From Salibacteraceae bacterium (GTDB lineage: Bacteria; Bacteroidota; Bacteroidia; Flavobacteriales_G; Salibacteraceae): 64,000 bases of DNA. Below the pieces are notes generated by a model that saw only the letters and a list, made by a program, of their open reading frames with translations, did not search any database and was not told where the DNA came from. Below, piece after piece: positions 1 through 10,352 of this stretch. The stretch is taken from assembly GCA_038142005.1 (NCBI GenBank), contig JAYQJE010000006.1, positions 50,945 to 114,944 on the forward strand, written 5' to 3'. Every line of letters begins with the position of its first letter. Position 1 is the stretch's first letter. Made by a program: the position numbers and the translations under genes.

Positions 1-1679
1 TATGAACAAGACAAACCCTTGTATTCACCCACAAGCCAAAGCTGAGCAAGTAAATCGGGAGTGTAGGTTAAGGAGTGTTGATCAGCATTAGGAGTTGACC
101 TTCCTAGTGATTGCAAATAGGAAGCAATCGGCTTAACTTGTAGATTAAAATCATTGAATACAAATTCTTGAACTGCGAATAGTTCTACTCCGTATACTTC
201 AGAAGTTGAAATATTTACCGGGGAGAAGATTGATCCTTTAGGTAGCCAGCGTATGCGATTTTCATAATCACCAAAGAATGCTGTGGTTCGGATGCTTGTC
301 TTGTTTTTTCTTAATGTAAGCCCGAGTTCGGCTGTGTTTCCTTCCTCTGGTTTCAATGCATTGTTTCCGCCAGGGTTCCAATAAACTTCATTTAATGTTG
401 GAATACGCACTGTTCTTGATACTGCGGTAGAGAAGCTCCACGATTTTGATAGTTTAAAAATTGCTGAGGCGAAGGGCATTGACTGGAAGTTACCTCGCCA
501 TAGGGAAAATCGACTTCCAAAGGAATAGCCAATTCTTTTGGAATCAACCGTGCCAGTCACACCGAGTTTTCCTTCATTTCTGATGTCACTAACAAATCCA
601 AGATAATTCATTGAAGATGCTTCAGTAAACTGAAAAAGGTATTGGGCATCAATTCGGTGTAACTCGCCCAGATCAAATGTTAGGCTAGATAGAGATTGTA
701 TTGAATAGTACTTATTGTTGTTGTTAATATCAGCAATGGTGTCGATGTAATGGTTTGAGTTATTATCATAGAAGAAAACTTGCTTTAGTTCCACCCTATC
801 TGAGGCTTGATGGTTCAAAATCAATTGCATTCTTTGAATGTTGTCATTTTGATTTCTGTTTGAAATAATTTGCTGATTTACTGGTGAAACCACATTCCTT
901 CTGCTACGTTGGTTCCAAGAGTTGAAGGTTATTGACGTTTTACTGGATAGTAATGCCGATATGCTGGTTATTGCGGATTCTTGGTTGAACTTAGAGTCTC
1001 TAGAAATTTCGAGCTCATTCGAAGGGGTTGAATTATTGATATAGCTAAATTCATTGAGATTCCGAACCATATTGGCGCTAACTCTCACAGCTATAGCAAC
1101 CTTGCCTAGCATTAAGTTTTGATTGACAACAGCATGGTTGTAGGTATTACCGAACGAACCAATTTGAGATTGAATCGAAGCGTATTCCTCAGTAAAGCTT
1201 GGTGTATTATTTAAATTGATAGCTGCACCCATCCCGCCAGTACTAAACAGATTTGTTGAAGTTCCTGAAATAACCGTGGCCTTATTGAAGTGGCCAGTCT
1301 GTATTTCGGAAAAGTCAACCGTTCCAAGCATTGGGGAATTTATCCTTATTCCGTTCCAAAGAAGGTTGGTGTGTGTGGCGTCTCCTCCTCTATATGTTGG
1401 TGTGCTGAGCATTCCTGGCCCATTATCTTTCATAAAAAGGTTCGTGTTTGACGAAAGCACCTCAGAGAGGTTTAGTGCTCTGGTCTGTGCTCGAAAATTT
1501 AGGCTATCGACATCTACTCTAAAGGCACCTTTGGCATAGCGTAAGGAATCAAGTACTAAAACCTCAGGCAATCGTTCGCTGGGCTGTTGAGCAAACCCAA
1601 CTGAATGATAGAGTATAAAAAATGCGCAAACGAGAAATCGATTATCGAGCAAGGCGGTTATAGATGATTGAAGACCCAT
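1..1679 (-). CDS. TonB-dependent outer-membrane receptor (BtuB-like), partial; C-terminus runs off the window
   Basis: Absent from the ORF track (no in-window stop). Manual minus-strand translation from ATG 1679 (alternative TTG 1652) gives signal MGLQSSITALLDNRFLVCAFFILYHSVGFAQQ. Plug-domain motifs follow: NLFMKDNGPGMLSTPTYRGGDATHTNLLWNGIRINSPMLGTVDFSEI. The frame stays open to base 1. It is the last gene of the riboswitch-led operon. Confidence 0.85.
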   Translation of the reverse strand, partial: MGLQSSITALLDNRFLVCAFFILYHSVGFAQQPSERLPEVLVLDSLRYAKGAFRVDVDSLNFRAQTRALNLSEVLSSNTNLFMKDNGPGMLSTPTYRGGDATHTNLLWNGIRINSPMLGTVDFSEIQTGHFNKATVISGTSTNLFSTGGMGAAINLNNTPSFTEEYASIQSQIGSFGNTYNHAVVNQNLMLGKVAIAVRVSANMVRNLNEFSYINNSTPSNELEISRDSKFNQESAITSISALLSSKTSITFNSWNQRSRRNVVSPVNQQIISNRNQNDNIQRMQLILNHQASDRVELKQVFFYDNNSNHYIDTIADINNNNKYYSIQSLSSLTFDLGELHRIDAQYLFQFTEASSMNYLGFVSDIRNEGKLGVTGTVDSKRIGYSFGSRFSLWRGNFQSMPFASAIFKLSKSWSFSTAVSRTVRIPTLNEVYWNPGGNNALKPEEGNTAELGLTLRKNKTSIRTTAFFGDYENRIRWLPKGSIFSPVNISTSEVYGVELFAVQEFVFNDFNLQVKPIASYLQSLGRSTPNADQHSLTYTPDLLAQLWLVGEYKGLSCS

Positions 1680-2535
1680 TGTTAGACGAAGTTACCTTCA
1701 ATCCATATTGTTCACAATCAATAATTTGACCTGTAATGGAGTAACATGCATTTTCGTTTTTCGAGCTGTTGGTTGATCGTTCAGCAATACTCAGCGGTAT
1801 GGTAGAATTGATCACACCTACGGCATCTAAATCAAAACCACTTTGCGCGAAATTAGTGGGCCAAGGATCGTTGATTTGATTTGAGTCACGGTCCATACTT
1901 CCATATTCGGGATTGATAGAGCCGACTACATCAATGATACGTACATGCGATATTGCTGACTTATCTAGCAACGCGGTGTCCGGCAGGTCAGCTAGGTCGA
2001 ATGGTGTGCCGTACATCGCCACATACTTACCTGCAAGATTGTCAAATAAGGATGCGTCACTTTCAGAGAATGCTGCAAGCTGGTTTTCCGTTTGTTGCTC
2101 ACTCACCGAAGGGAACCTTAAGAAGTTTAAGCCGTCTGAGCTGACCTCTACGAAAGCTAGTTCTAGAAAAGCGAATTCTCCAGATCCAAAACCATTTTCA
2201 AAGACGGCAAAATCAAACCCAGGTCCATCAAATATTTCGCCATTGAACGTCAGTGTTGCACTTCCCCCATCACCCAAACTCACAACCAGCGGTGCATCAG
2301 GCTTTCCAACCGCGTAATTGGCATTTCCAGTTGTTGCATACCCGCTGTCAGGTAGGTTTATTTGACGCAAACCACGCTCAACAACACAACCTGTAGCCCA
2401 TGTACGAAATGCGCTACTATCGCTGTGCATAGCAGTAGTTCCTTCCATATCGTATTGTGGTGCAAACGATCCTTGTTGAGCTATTGTCTCATATCCATAA
2501 AGACTGATGATCAATATGAAGCTTAGGTACTTCAA
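1642..2535 (-). CDS. Secreted surface protein of unknown function in the B12 operon, possible degenerate T9SS C-terminal sorting domain
   Basis: 297-aa ORF with signal peptide MKYLSFILIISLYGYETIAQQ. It lies 12 bp downstream of the DUF4465 gene and overlaps the TonB receptor start. The C-terminal ~60 aa are beta-rich and resemble a Por secretion tail. Confidence 0.7.
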   Translation of the reverse strand: MKYLSFILIISLYGYETIAQQGSFAPQYDMEGTTAMHSDSSAFRTWATGCVVERGLRQINLPDSGYATTGNANYAVGKPDAPLVVSLGDGGSATLTFNGEIFDGPGFDFAVFENGFGSGEFAFLELAFVEVSSDGLNFLRFPSVSEQQTENQLAAFSESDASLFDNLAGKYVAMYGTPFDLADLPDTALLDKSAISHVRIIDVVGSINPEYGSMDRDSNQINDPWPTNFAQSGFDLDAVGVINSTIPLSIAERSTNSSKNENACYSITGQIIDCEQYGLKVTSSNNGSSIIYNRLAR

Positions 2536-2547
2536 GGCACAAAAACT

Positions 2548-3501
2548 TTAAGGCTTTTTTTTCACCCCTTCATCACTCTCAAAAACGATAATACTCCAGC
2601 CAGAAGGAAGGTCAGAAAATGCAATTTCTGATTGAAAAGATTTGTGCATCCATTGGTTAACAAGCCTTCCACCAATATCATATGCGCTAATCTTTCCCTG
2701 AGTTGCTGACGTAAGTTTTAAGGAACTATGGCCGTGAATTGCATTGAAATCTGAATTGTTCCCAAAATCTGAAGCACCAAGAATTAAAGTGTAGGTGAGA
2801 TTGTCTAGGCATACGTATGTTGGTGTGTTTATGAAGCCAAAGCTGGTATCACTCGAGCTAAACGTAAATTTGAGGTGAGCTGTATCTGATATTGTAGTAT
2901 CAAAACCTGTTAAATCGAACGTGCTCCATTCATTTAATATGAAATCTTCATTGCTGTCATTGAAAGTGAAATCAGCTAATTCAAACGTAAGAGTGTCAGA
3001 CTTATATCCTGGCATTTGTAAAACAGCATGAAGCCGAAAGTAATCTGGGTCATCGCCTGATTGACCACCAAACTTTTTCGCGAAAGCATCTCCGTTTAAC
3101 ATACTGAAATATGCATAAGTTGTATTGGTCACCTGCACAGATGAAAGTCTTAAAGATTGATCTAACAAAGGGTCGATGCGCATTTGAGCATAGGAATAAC
3201 CTACGGCATAAATTTCCGAATCATATCCACCAGCTGTGATTGAACTGTACTGATTTGCAAATCCAGGTGTGGAATCATTTCGCATTGAACTTAAGGCAAA
3301 ACCATCCCAGAAACCACCGAAGGAAGTGTCATAATTATTGAGGAGGTGAATGTTTGAAAAACTGAAAATTCCACCGGCCTCAGAGCCATTTTTAAAGGTG
3401 TCTAATGGCATAGTGTCACCCTCAAACCCTTCAGTGATTTGAGCATTAAGTGTTCCTAGGAATATTACCAAGGTCACAGAAAGAGATACTTGTTGCTTCA
3501 T
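2548..3501 (-). CDS. DUF4465 domain protein with T9SS C-terminal sorting domain
   Basis: 317-aa ORF with a signal peptide. N-terminal pattern EGFE..LD...NGS...G.F....I.L.N.YD..FGGFWDGFALSS is typical of DUF4465 as I recall it. C-terminus LKLTSATQGKISAYDIGGRLVNQW...GWSIIVFESDEG resembles a Por_Secre_tail. It is the first gene after the cobalamin riboswitch. Confidence 0.8.
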   Translation of the reverse strand: MKQQVSLSVTLVIFLGTLNAQITEGFEGDTMPLDTFKNGSEAGGIFSFSNIHLLNNYDTSFGGFWDGFALSSMRNDSTPGFANQYSSITAGGYDSEIYAVGYSYAQMRIDPLLDQSLRLSSVQVTNTTYAYFSMLNGDAFAKKFGGQSGDDPDYFRLHAVLQMPGYKSDTLTFELADFTFNDSNEDFILNEWSTFDLTGFDTTISDTAHLKFTFSSSDTSFGFINTPTYVCLDNLTYTLILGASDFGNNSDFNAIHGHSSLKLTSATQGKISAYDIGGRLVNQWMHKSFQSEIAFSDLPSGWSIIVFESDEGVKKKP

Positions 3502-3589
3502 ATTTGAGCATTTAAATAGTTTAAAATACCCGTGAAGCGATCTGAAAATAAGAATAGCACGATAATGCTACGCTTTTATCCCGAAAGCC

Positions 3590-3780
3590 TTACGATTTAA
3601 AACACTCTGGCAGGTCTTCTGACTCAATTCACCCCAGATCGCCTTCCCTCAAACTTGAAGTGGCATAATGATCAAGGATTTGCGCAATTGCGCTGAACCT
3701 TACAGCTGCGGGAACAGTTCCTGATTTTCACAGGATTCCCTATTAATTCCGATTAAGGAAACCAAAATGACGGTGTGAAA
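3590..3780 (-). promoter_or_regulatory. Cobalamin (B12) riboswitch aptamer; expression platform probably extends to about 3502
   Basis: The reverse complement of 3609-3624 is AGTCAGAAGACCTGCC, a textbook B12 box. The reverse complement of ~3697-3745 is AATAGGGAATCCTGTGAAAATCAGGAACTGTTCCCGCAGCTGTAAGG, which matches the conserved cobalamin aptamer core. It sits in the 284-bp gap directly upstream of a TonB-receptor operon. Confidence 0.9.
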
Positions 3781-3785
3781 GTAAT

Positions 3786-4568
3786 TTATGGAACTGGAAT
3801 GTAACCAATTTCGCGTGGAACAAGACGCACATTGAATTCGGCATCTATTACAGTCTTCTCTTGGGTACCATTGAAAAGTCGTCCAGCAAATTCGCCTTTA
3901 AGTACGAATAACGCAAATGTGTCCAATGGATCGGCTGCAGTATCGTTTAAGTAGAACTCAGTAACTCTGAAGTAAGAGTCTTGTAGCTGGCCGCTGCCAT
4001 CTTTTGTTTCCCAAGTTTCTAAGTTCTCATCAATGTACTTGATTTTCACTCCCGGCCTTCCATATTCAGGGCTTGTGAATGGGTTGGCCCCAAACCGAAT
4101 TGGAGACAGTAAGTTATTTGGCCAGAATGCGCTTGTAGAGTCTCCTAAGTCAATGCAGTCGTAGAAGTAAATTTCAATTCGTTGAAATGGATCTCCTGGT
4201 CGAATGAAATAGGAGTAATGCTCTATAAAGTCATCAGTCGAATCCTTACCGCATTCACCTATTACATCATACTCAGCAAAATTGTAATAGATGTTTTTAG
4301 TGTACTCAATTGTAGGGTCATTGGGAAAGCGAGTGATGGTATCCCATTTTGATCGCTTAGCATTCTGCCACATGGTATACTCACCATCCATTTTTCCATA
4401 GAAATAGTACTCGCTTGTGGGAAAATTGAAGGTATCAAATGGTGGAATTGGTATGGTATCTTCATCCTGAACCACCAGGATTGAATTTCCTCGCTTACAT
4501 GATGACGTACTAATTGCCAACGCTAATACGAATACGCTAAAGAAGATCGAAAGTGATTTCATGTGCAC
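3786..4568 (-). CDS. Lipoprotein of unknown function
   Basis: 260-aa ORF. Signal plus lipobox: MKSLSIFFSVFVLALAISTSSC. No recognisable catalytic motifs. Confidence 0.65.
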   Translation of the reverse strand: MHMKSLSIFFSVFVLALAISTSSCKRGNSILVVQDEDTIPIPPFDTFNFPTSEYYFYGKMDGEYTMWQNAKRSKWDTITRFPNDPTIEYTKNIYYNFAEYDVIGECGKDSTDDFIEHYSYFIRPGDPFQRIEIYFYDCIDLGDSTSAFWPNNLLSPIRFGANPFTSPEYGRPGVKIKYIDENLETWETKDGSGQLQDSYFRVTEFYLNDTAADPLDTFALFVLKGEFAGRLFNGTQEKTVIDAEFNVRLVPREIGYIPVP

Positions 4569-4645
4569 TGGTTTCGAAAGTCAAAGTTATGGAAAATGAC
4601 CTTGAACAAACAGACGATGCATTCTTTGTTTGGTTTGTTGACCAC

Positions 4646-5497
4646 TTAAGGGAAAACAGTTCTTGATATTTCTACAGCTTCCGAAAATGAATCAAGGTCA
4701 ATTCCCGAAAAATTCTCTTGACTTAAGGTACTAAACAGCGCTTGTGTAGAAATATTGCCCACGAGTTCATCCTCTGCCATAGGACACCCACCCAAGCCAT
4801 TAATGGCTACATCAAAGGCTCTACAGCCTGCTTCAAATGCTGCCGATATTTTCTTAGCAGAATCTGAAGGGTTGCTGTGAAGGTGCGCACCAATATGTAA
4901 TTCACTGAATTGATCGATGACCGTTTTAAAAAGGTCTGCAATCGAACTTTCATTACCAACTCCAATAGTATCGGCCATTGCAAAATGTGAAATTCCTAGC
5001 TCACTATGAAGTCTATCAAACCATGTACAAGCCAATTCGCTGCTCCAAGGGTCTTCATACGGATTGCCAAATGCCATTGATATGTAGATGAGCACTTTTT
5101 GATTTGCACCATGTGCAACATTCACGATCTCCTCCACCCTGCTCAAGCTCTGGTCAATGGTGGAATTAGTGTTTCGCATTTGAAATGTCTCCGAAATACT
5201 GAATGGATATCCTACAAAACTTATCTGTTCAAATTGGCCTGCAGACTCAGCTCCACGCTTATTTGCTACAATCGCCAGCAGCTTAGACTTTGTGTCATTC
5301 AGATCTAATCCATGGAGCACTTCTGCTGTATCCTTTAATTGTGGAATAGCCTTGGGTGAAACGAAACTGCCAAAGTCTATAGTGTCAAATCCTACTCTCA
5401 AGAGTTTATTGATGTATTCTATTTTTTTCTCAGTGGGTATCCAAGGTTCTACCCCTTGCATGGCATCTCTTGGGCACTCAGTAATCTTAATACTCAT
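4646..5497 (-). CDS. Hydroxymethylglutaryl-CoA lyase
   Basis: 283-aa ORF. N-terminus [11 protein letters not shown] and the overall TIM-barrel HMGL-like pattern ([25 protein letters not shown] near the C-terminus). Overlaps the pyrD stop by 4 bp. Confidence 0.85.
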   Translation of the reverse strand: MSIKITECPRDAMQGVEPWIPTEKKIEYINKLLRVGFDTIDFGSFVSPKAIPQLKDTAEVLHGLDLNDTKSKLLAIVANKRGAESAGQFEQISFVGYPFSISETFQMRNTNSTIDQSLSRVEEIVNVAHGANQKVLIYISMAFGNPYEDPWSSELACTWFDRLHSELGISHFAMADTIGVGNESSIADLFKTVIDQFSELHIGAHLHSNPSDSAKKISAAFEAGCRAFDVAINGLGGCPMAEDELVGNISTQALFSTLSQENFSGIDLDSFSEAVEISRTVFP

Positions 5498-6515
5498 TTT
5501 ATCAATCGTTTATTGATTCGCTTTATCAATCCAGGGCCTTCATAAACGAATCCGGTATAAAGTTGCAATAGTTGTGCGCCAGCGTCTAACTTTTCAATGG
5601 CATCCTCTGGTGAATGTATGCCACCAACACCAATCATTGGAATGGTTCCACCCGAAGCCTCATGAATGAACTTAATGGCTTTTGTACTCATTTCACGTAC
5701 TGGTTTGCCGCTCAATCCTCCATTTTCCTCGAACAAACGATTGTTTGACACCAACCCATTTCTCGATATTGTGGTGTTACTAACAACCAACCCGTCTATA
5801 GATATTTCTTTGACCAGTGATATAATGTCTAGCAATTGTTCCTGATTGAGGTCAGGCGCAATTTTCAGCAACACCGGTTTGAATTTTTCATTGGTAGTGC
5901 GATGTTCGAAAAGTGCTTGAAATATTCGTTTTAGTTGATCTTTTCCTTGCAGCTCGCGAAGTCCAGGAGTGTTCGGTGAACTTACATTTACAACGAAGTA
6001 ATCAACGTAATTATAGAGCTTCTTGAATGAGTATAAATAGTCATCAACAGCATTTTCATTTGGAGTGACCTTGTTTTTACCAATATTTCCACCCAAGGGA
6101 ACACGGTGTTTGGATTTCTGTATCCTCTCCACTGCTCTATCAACACCAGCATTATTAAATCCCATACGGTTTATAAGAGCTTCATCTTTTGCAACCTGAA
6201 AAGTCGGGGCTTATCATTCCCAGATTGGGCTTTGGGAGTAATTGTGCCAATTTCTATAAACCCAAAACCTAAGGATTCTAAAGCTTCGATCCAACGTGCA
6301 TCCTTGTCAAAGCCCGCTGCCAAACCAACTGGATTTGGAAATGTTAGCCCAAACACATTGCGCTCCAAACTCGTTGACTCAATACTGAAAGACCTCCGAA
6401 TAATGTCTTTTACGAGTGGGACTTGATGGGAAAAAGCCAATCCGTTAGCCGTGAGGTAATGTACCTTTTCTGGATCTATGCTGTATAATAATGGCCTTAA
6501 AATATCTTTATACAT
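5494..6515 (-). CDS. pyrD: Dihydroorotate dehydrogenase (quinone), split by one frameshift in this assembly
   Basis: ORFs 6171-6515 (…[26 protein letters not shown]) and 5494-6165 (MGFNNAGVD…) are the two halves of PyrD. Adding one A to the run at ~6186-6190 restores [20 protein letters not shown]. Confidence 0.9.
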
Positions 6516-6669
6516 CGGGCAAATGTACGTTCATGAATTATGTTGAAACTTGAAATAAAAGACATCGAACAATCCGTAATCAATATTTGAAGTGTAGTTG
6601 ATTCAAACTTCAAACAAATCGAAAATGATATTCGTTCAGAATGGCTTTTTTTCGAAAAATTTTAGTCTC

Positions 6670-7330
6670 ATGAGATATGCATTTGTTTTAATACTCGCAA
6701 CGGTTTGGTTGAACCCAATTTATGCTGATGAATTCAAGATCAAGTTAGATGTTGATTTGGTTGATCATACTCCAGCTGCGGGCGTTTTAGTTCAGGTGGT
6801 GGAAAAAGGCAAGGAGATGATGAGTGTAACTTTAGAAGCAGACGGTGAGACTAAATTTGAACTTGAAAAAGGTAAGTTATTTGAAATTTGGATAAGGAAG
6901 TCGGGATACCTACCACATGTCATACACAGCGTGCATGCTGAAGGAAAGAGTAAGCACTCGGTATTGCTTTACAAGGATACTAAAAAGGTTTCTTACAAAG
7001 CCGAAGAGTACACCGGTGTGAACCGCACGTTTTTAGATGTTAAGAAAATGACCATACCTGCAGAATATTTGGCTGATGGAGTAAACACTGTGACAGAGGA
7101 ATCCCTGACAAAAGTCGAAATAGTGAATCTAAAGACCGTTGGTAAGTTGGCAAAATCACAGGAAAAGGCTCAGAAGAAAATCGATTCAATGGTTAAAAAA
7201 AGCGAAATCTGAAGAGGCAATCGCAGAGATAAAATCAGACGTAGCAAGTGGCAAGACAGCTAAGGTTGATGGCGATGAGCAGATTTTGAAACTTCAAAAA
7301 GCTGTAGTGAAATACAACGAAAAATTGTAA
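6670..7330 (+). CDS. Secreted hypothetical protein, split by a frameshift at an A7 run
   Basis: Signal peptide MRYAFVLILATVWLNPIYA begins at ATG 6670; the ORF-track start at 6598 is an upstream TTG. The frame switches at A7 (7195-7201) into ORF 7139-7330, a lysine-rich coiled-coil tail. Confidence 0.6.
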
Positions 7331-7347
7331 AAACTGGCTTACTGATT

Positions 7348-8397
7348 TTAGAAAGCGACCACTACTCTACCCTGCGTTTTTCCCTTTATGATCAAATCCA
7401 TGTGGTGAATTATTTCATCCAATGTGATTTGTGTAGCATAGTCCTTCAAGTTGTCAATTTTCCACTGGTTGGCGAGCTTGTTCCAGAGATCAACTCGAAT
7501 CGGCATTTCAGTTTCAGCTGAATCGACTCCGAGAATGTTGACGCCATTCAACAGAAAAGGATAAACGGTCATATTAAGCTGATCAGATGATACTAGGCCA
7601 CAGGCAGCAACGCTTCCTTTTGGCGCACAAGCTTTAACACAAGTCTCTAATGTTGAGCCACCAACAGTATCAATAGCGCCAGCCCATCTGCTGCGCAGCA
7701 ACGGCCTTCCCGAATCATCATTAGAGAATGACCTAGGCTCGATACGATGTGCACCCAGTTTGGTCAAATATGGCTTCGCATTATCATTGCCTGTCGTAAG
7801 GCGTACCACTATTCTTTTCTGCTTTTTGTCATCTGGAGCCACATCTTCTAAGAGTTCTTCATCTGCCATACCCGTAGAGCTTAGCCTTTCTGTTGGCAAT
7901 CCTTTGAAGTTGAGCTTGGTGACCACCCATAGTGCGCGAGCTTTGGAGGTGGCCTTTTTTGCAGTACGTTCCACTTTATTACTAGCGGCTGTGGTATGGG
8001 CCTTCACTTCAAGATGCAATTCTGTGAAAGCGAGTGATATGTCTGATAGGTGATCCAACTGCTCTTCGGCATCTGCAGGTAGCTCATCCCCTTCAAACGG
8101 CACCTTATCCAACTCAAAAATCATTGACATTTCCTTAGATTCCATAAAATCCAAAACATCATATTCCCATGTACCCTCGGCATATTTATCTCTGAATCCA
8201 TTGATTCGATCGTCACTTGATTCTTCTGAAACTTCATTTTTCAAAGTATCAGTTTCAACAGGTCTTTTTTCTTCGCCCATGGTGGGCTGTATTGTTGTGA
8301 TCTCTGTCTCTTGCGTTTCAGTTGACCCACCACCGCTACAACTTGCCGTGTAAAGTGATATCAGAACTATGATCAGTACTGTAATTTGGTTATTCAT
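7348..8397 (-). CDS. Chimeric ORF: OmpA-like lipoprotein N-terminal part fused to the C-terminal half of a YhdH/AcuI-type zinc-independent MDR oxidoreductase
   Basis: The N-terminus has lipobox LISLYTASC, an acidic linker, and a degenerate OmpA_C-like segment (HLEVKAHT…SKARALWVVTKLNFKGLPTERLSSTG…KRIVVRL). The last ~150 aa (RWAGAIDTVGGSTLETCVKACAPKGSVAACGLVSS…GVNILGVDSA…GKTQGRVVV) align with E. coli YhdH from about residue 183 onward. The NADPH-binding GxSGGVG half is absent. Confidence 0.6.
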   Translation of the reverse strand: MNNQITVLIIVLISLYTASCSGGGSTETQETEITTIQPTMGEEKRPVETDTLKNEVSEESSDDRINGFRDKYAEGTWEYDVLDFMESKEMSMIFELDKVPFEGDELPADAEEQLDHLSDISLAFTELHLEVKAHTTAASNKVERTAKKATSKARALWVVTKLNFKGLPTERLSSTGMADEELLEDVAPDDKKQKRIVVRLTTGNDNAKPYLTKLGAHRIEPRSFSNDDSGRPLLRSRWAGAIDTVGGSTLETCVKACAPKGSVAACGLVSSDQLNMTVYPFLLNGVNILGVDSAETEMPIRVDLWNKLANQWKIDNLKDYATQITLDEIIHHMDLIIKGKTQGRVVVAF

Positions 8398-8408
8398 TTA
8401 TTCCATTA

Positions 8409-10310
8409 TTAATTAATAGCTCCTTGAACTATTGATTCTACGATCTGAGGGTCCAACAGCGTACTAGTATCTCCCAATTTATCGGGCTCACCTTCTGCCA
8501 CTTTCCTCAAAATTCTTCGCATTATTTTTCCACTGCGCGTTTTAGGTAAGCCTGTTACGAACTGTATCTTATCAGGTTTCGCAATTGGACCGATTTCTTT
8601 AACCACGGTATTGATGATTTGCTTTTGAGCTTTTTCAATATCACTAGGCATTTTATCGCAGATCACATAAGCATAAATCCCTTGGCCTTTAATATCATGC
8701 GGGTAGCCTACCACAGCAGACTCTACCACACCTTCACTTTCATTAATGGCATTTTCAATTTCAGCCGTACCGAATCGATGCCCACTTACGTTGATTACAT
8801 CATCTACACGACCAATAATTCTGTACATACCGTTTTCATCCCTTCTCGCCCCATCTCCTGTGAAATACATGTTTTTGAAATGAGAGAAATATGTGATTCG
8901 GCATCGCTCATGGTCTCCATATGTGGTTCTTAAAATACTCGGCCAAGGAAAACGAACGCATAGCAGTCCCTCTCGATTGTTTTCTTCGATAAGATTACCA
9001 TCACTATCAACCAGGCAAGGCTGAATGCCTGGCAATGGATAACCGGCATATGTAGCCTTTTGTGGAGAATGATCTCCCAGCCCACTAATCATAATGCCAC
9101 CAGTTTCCGTTTGCCACCAAGTATCTAATACCGGAAGCTTACCCTTACCCACAATATTTTTATACCAATTCCATGCTTCCTCATTAATGGGTTCACCAAC
9201 CGTGCCAAGCGCTTTTAGTGATGATAAATCGCACTGATTCACTGGATGCTCTCCATGTGTCATCAACGCACGTATGGCTGTAGGTGCTGTATAAAATTGA
9301 TTTACCAGATGCTTTTCAATGATTTGCCAAAATCGCCCTGCATCGGGCCAGGTAGGAACACCTTCAAACATCATGGTGGTGGCGCCATTTAAAAGCGGAC
9401 CATAAACAATGTAGCTATGTCCAGTAATCCAACCAATATCGGCAGTACACCAGTATATGTCATCCTCTTCGTATTGAAACACATTGGCAAAACTGTATCC
9501 CGCGTAAACCATATATCCACCACAAGTGTGTACTACTCCTTTGGGCTTACCGGTGCTTCCACTTGTATACAGAATGAATAATGGATCTTCACTATCCATA
9601 GGCTCTGCTGCACAATTTGTTCCTTGTTTTTCAGTTAACTCATCCCACCAAACATCTACCCCATCATTCCAATTTATTTCTGCAGTAGTGCATTTCTTCA
9701 CGATGACATTAGAAACGGAGTTACATTTTGACATGGCCTCATCTACGATAGCTTTTAGATTGATTTGCTTAGCGCCACGGTAAAGCCCGTCTGACGTGAT
9801 TACCACCTTGCATTGAGCGTCATTAATACGATCTGCCAAAGCTTGTGATGAGAACCCTGCAAAGACAACCGAGTGTATCGCTCCAATGCGTGCACATGCT
9901 AATACAGAAATGGCAAGTTCAGGTATCATGGGCATGTATAGACAAACCCTGTCCCCTTTTTTTACGCCAAGCGATTTCAGCCCATTAGCGGCTTGGCAAA
10001 CTTGATCATGCAATTCTTGATATGTGATGTGTATGCTCTCCCGGTCAGGGAAGTTAGACTCCCAAAGTATGGCGGTCTTATCTGCTTTGTCCGCTAAATG
10101 TCGATCGATGCAATTTTGGGTAATGTTGAGCTTTGCATTAAGGAACCATTTAACATCTGGCTCAGAAAAGTTCCAATCGAGTATTCTGTCCCAAGGTTTA
10201 ATCCAGTTGTAGTGATTCGCAATTTCTGCCCAGAAGCCTTCCGGATTTTTTACACTCCTATCGTAGTTCTCTTTATAATCTTGAAATGACTTGATTTTGA
10301 AATGCATCAT
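8409..10310 (-). CDS. acs: Acetyl-CoA synthetase (AMP-forming)
   Basis: Long ORF with [11 protein letters not shown], the WWQTETGG-type motif (TWWQTETGG), and C-terminal [15 protein letters not shown]. Start ambiguous among Met codons at 10328, 10310 and 10307. Confidence 0.95.
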   Translation of the reverse strand: MMHFKIKSFQDYKENYDRSVKNPEGFWAEIANHYNWIKPWDRILDWNFSEPDVKWFLNAKLNITQNCIDRHLADKADKTAILWESNFPDRESIHITYQELHDQVCQAANGLKSLGVKKGDRVCLYMPMIPELAISVLACARIGAIHSVVFAGFSSQALADRINDAQCKVVITSDGLYRGAKQINLKAIVDEAMSKCNSVSNVIVKKCTTAEINWNDGVDVWWDELTEKQGTNCAAEPMDSEDPLFILYTSGSTGKPKGVVHTCGGYMVYAGYSFANVFQYEEDDIYWCTADIGWITGHSYIVYGPLLNGATTMMFEGVPTWPDAGRFWQIIEKHLVNQFYTAPTAIRALMTHGEHPVNQCDLSSLKALGTVGEPINEEAWNWYKNIVGKGKLPVLDTWWQTETGGIMISGLGDHSPQKATYAGYPLPGIQPCLVDSDGNLIEENNREGLLCVRFPWPSILRTTYGDHERCRITYFSHFKNMYFTGDGARRDENGMYRIIGRVDDVINVSGHRFGTAEIENAINESEGVVESAVVGYPHDIKGQGIYAYVICDKMPSDIEKAQKQIINTVVKEIGPIAKPDKIQFVTGLPKTRSGKIMRRILRKVAEGEPDKLGDTSTLLDPQIVESIVQGAIN

Positions 10311-10352
10311 GAATTTACATTTCCACAATAGTAAGAAAGCTACAAACTAAAC

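Noticed and set aside
1216-1539. 107-aa plus-strand ORF
   Set aside because: It lies entirely antisense within the TonB-dependent receptor frame, which shows clear plug-domain motifs. It has no motifs of its own and is a shadow ORF.
3536-3575. Putative intrinsic terminator in the riboswitch expression platform (TAGCA-loop-TGCTA followed by a T-rich tract)
   Set aside because: The stem is only 5 bp and the T tract is interrupted. That is too weak to annotate, so the regulatory mechanism is left open.
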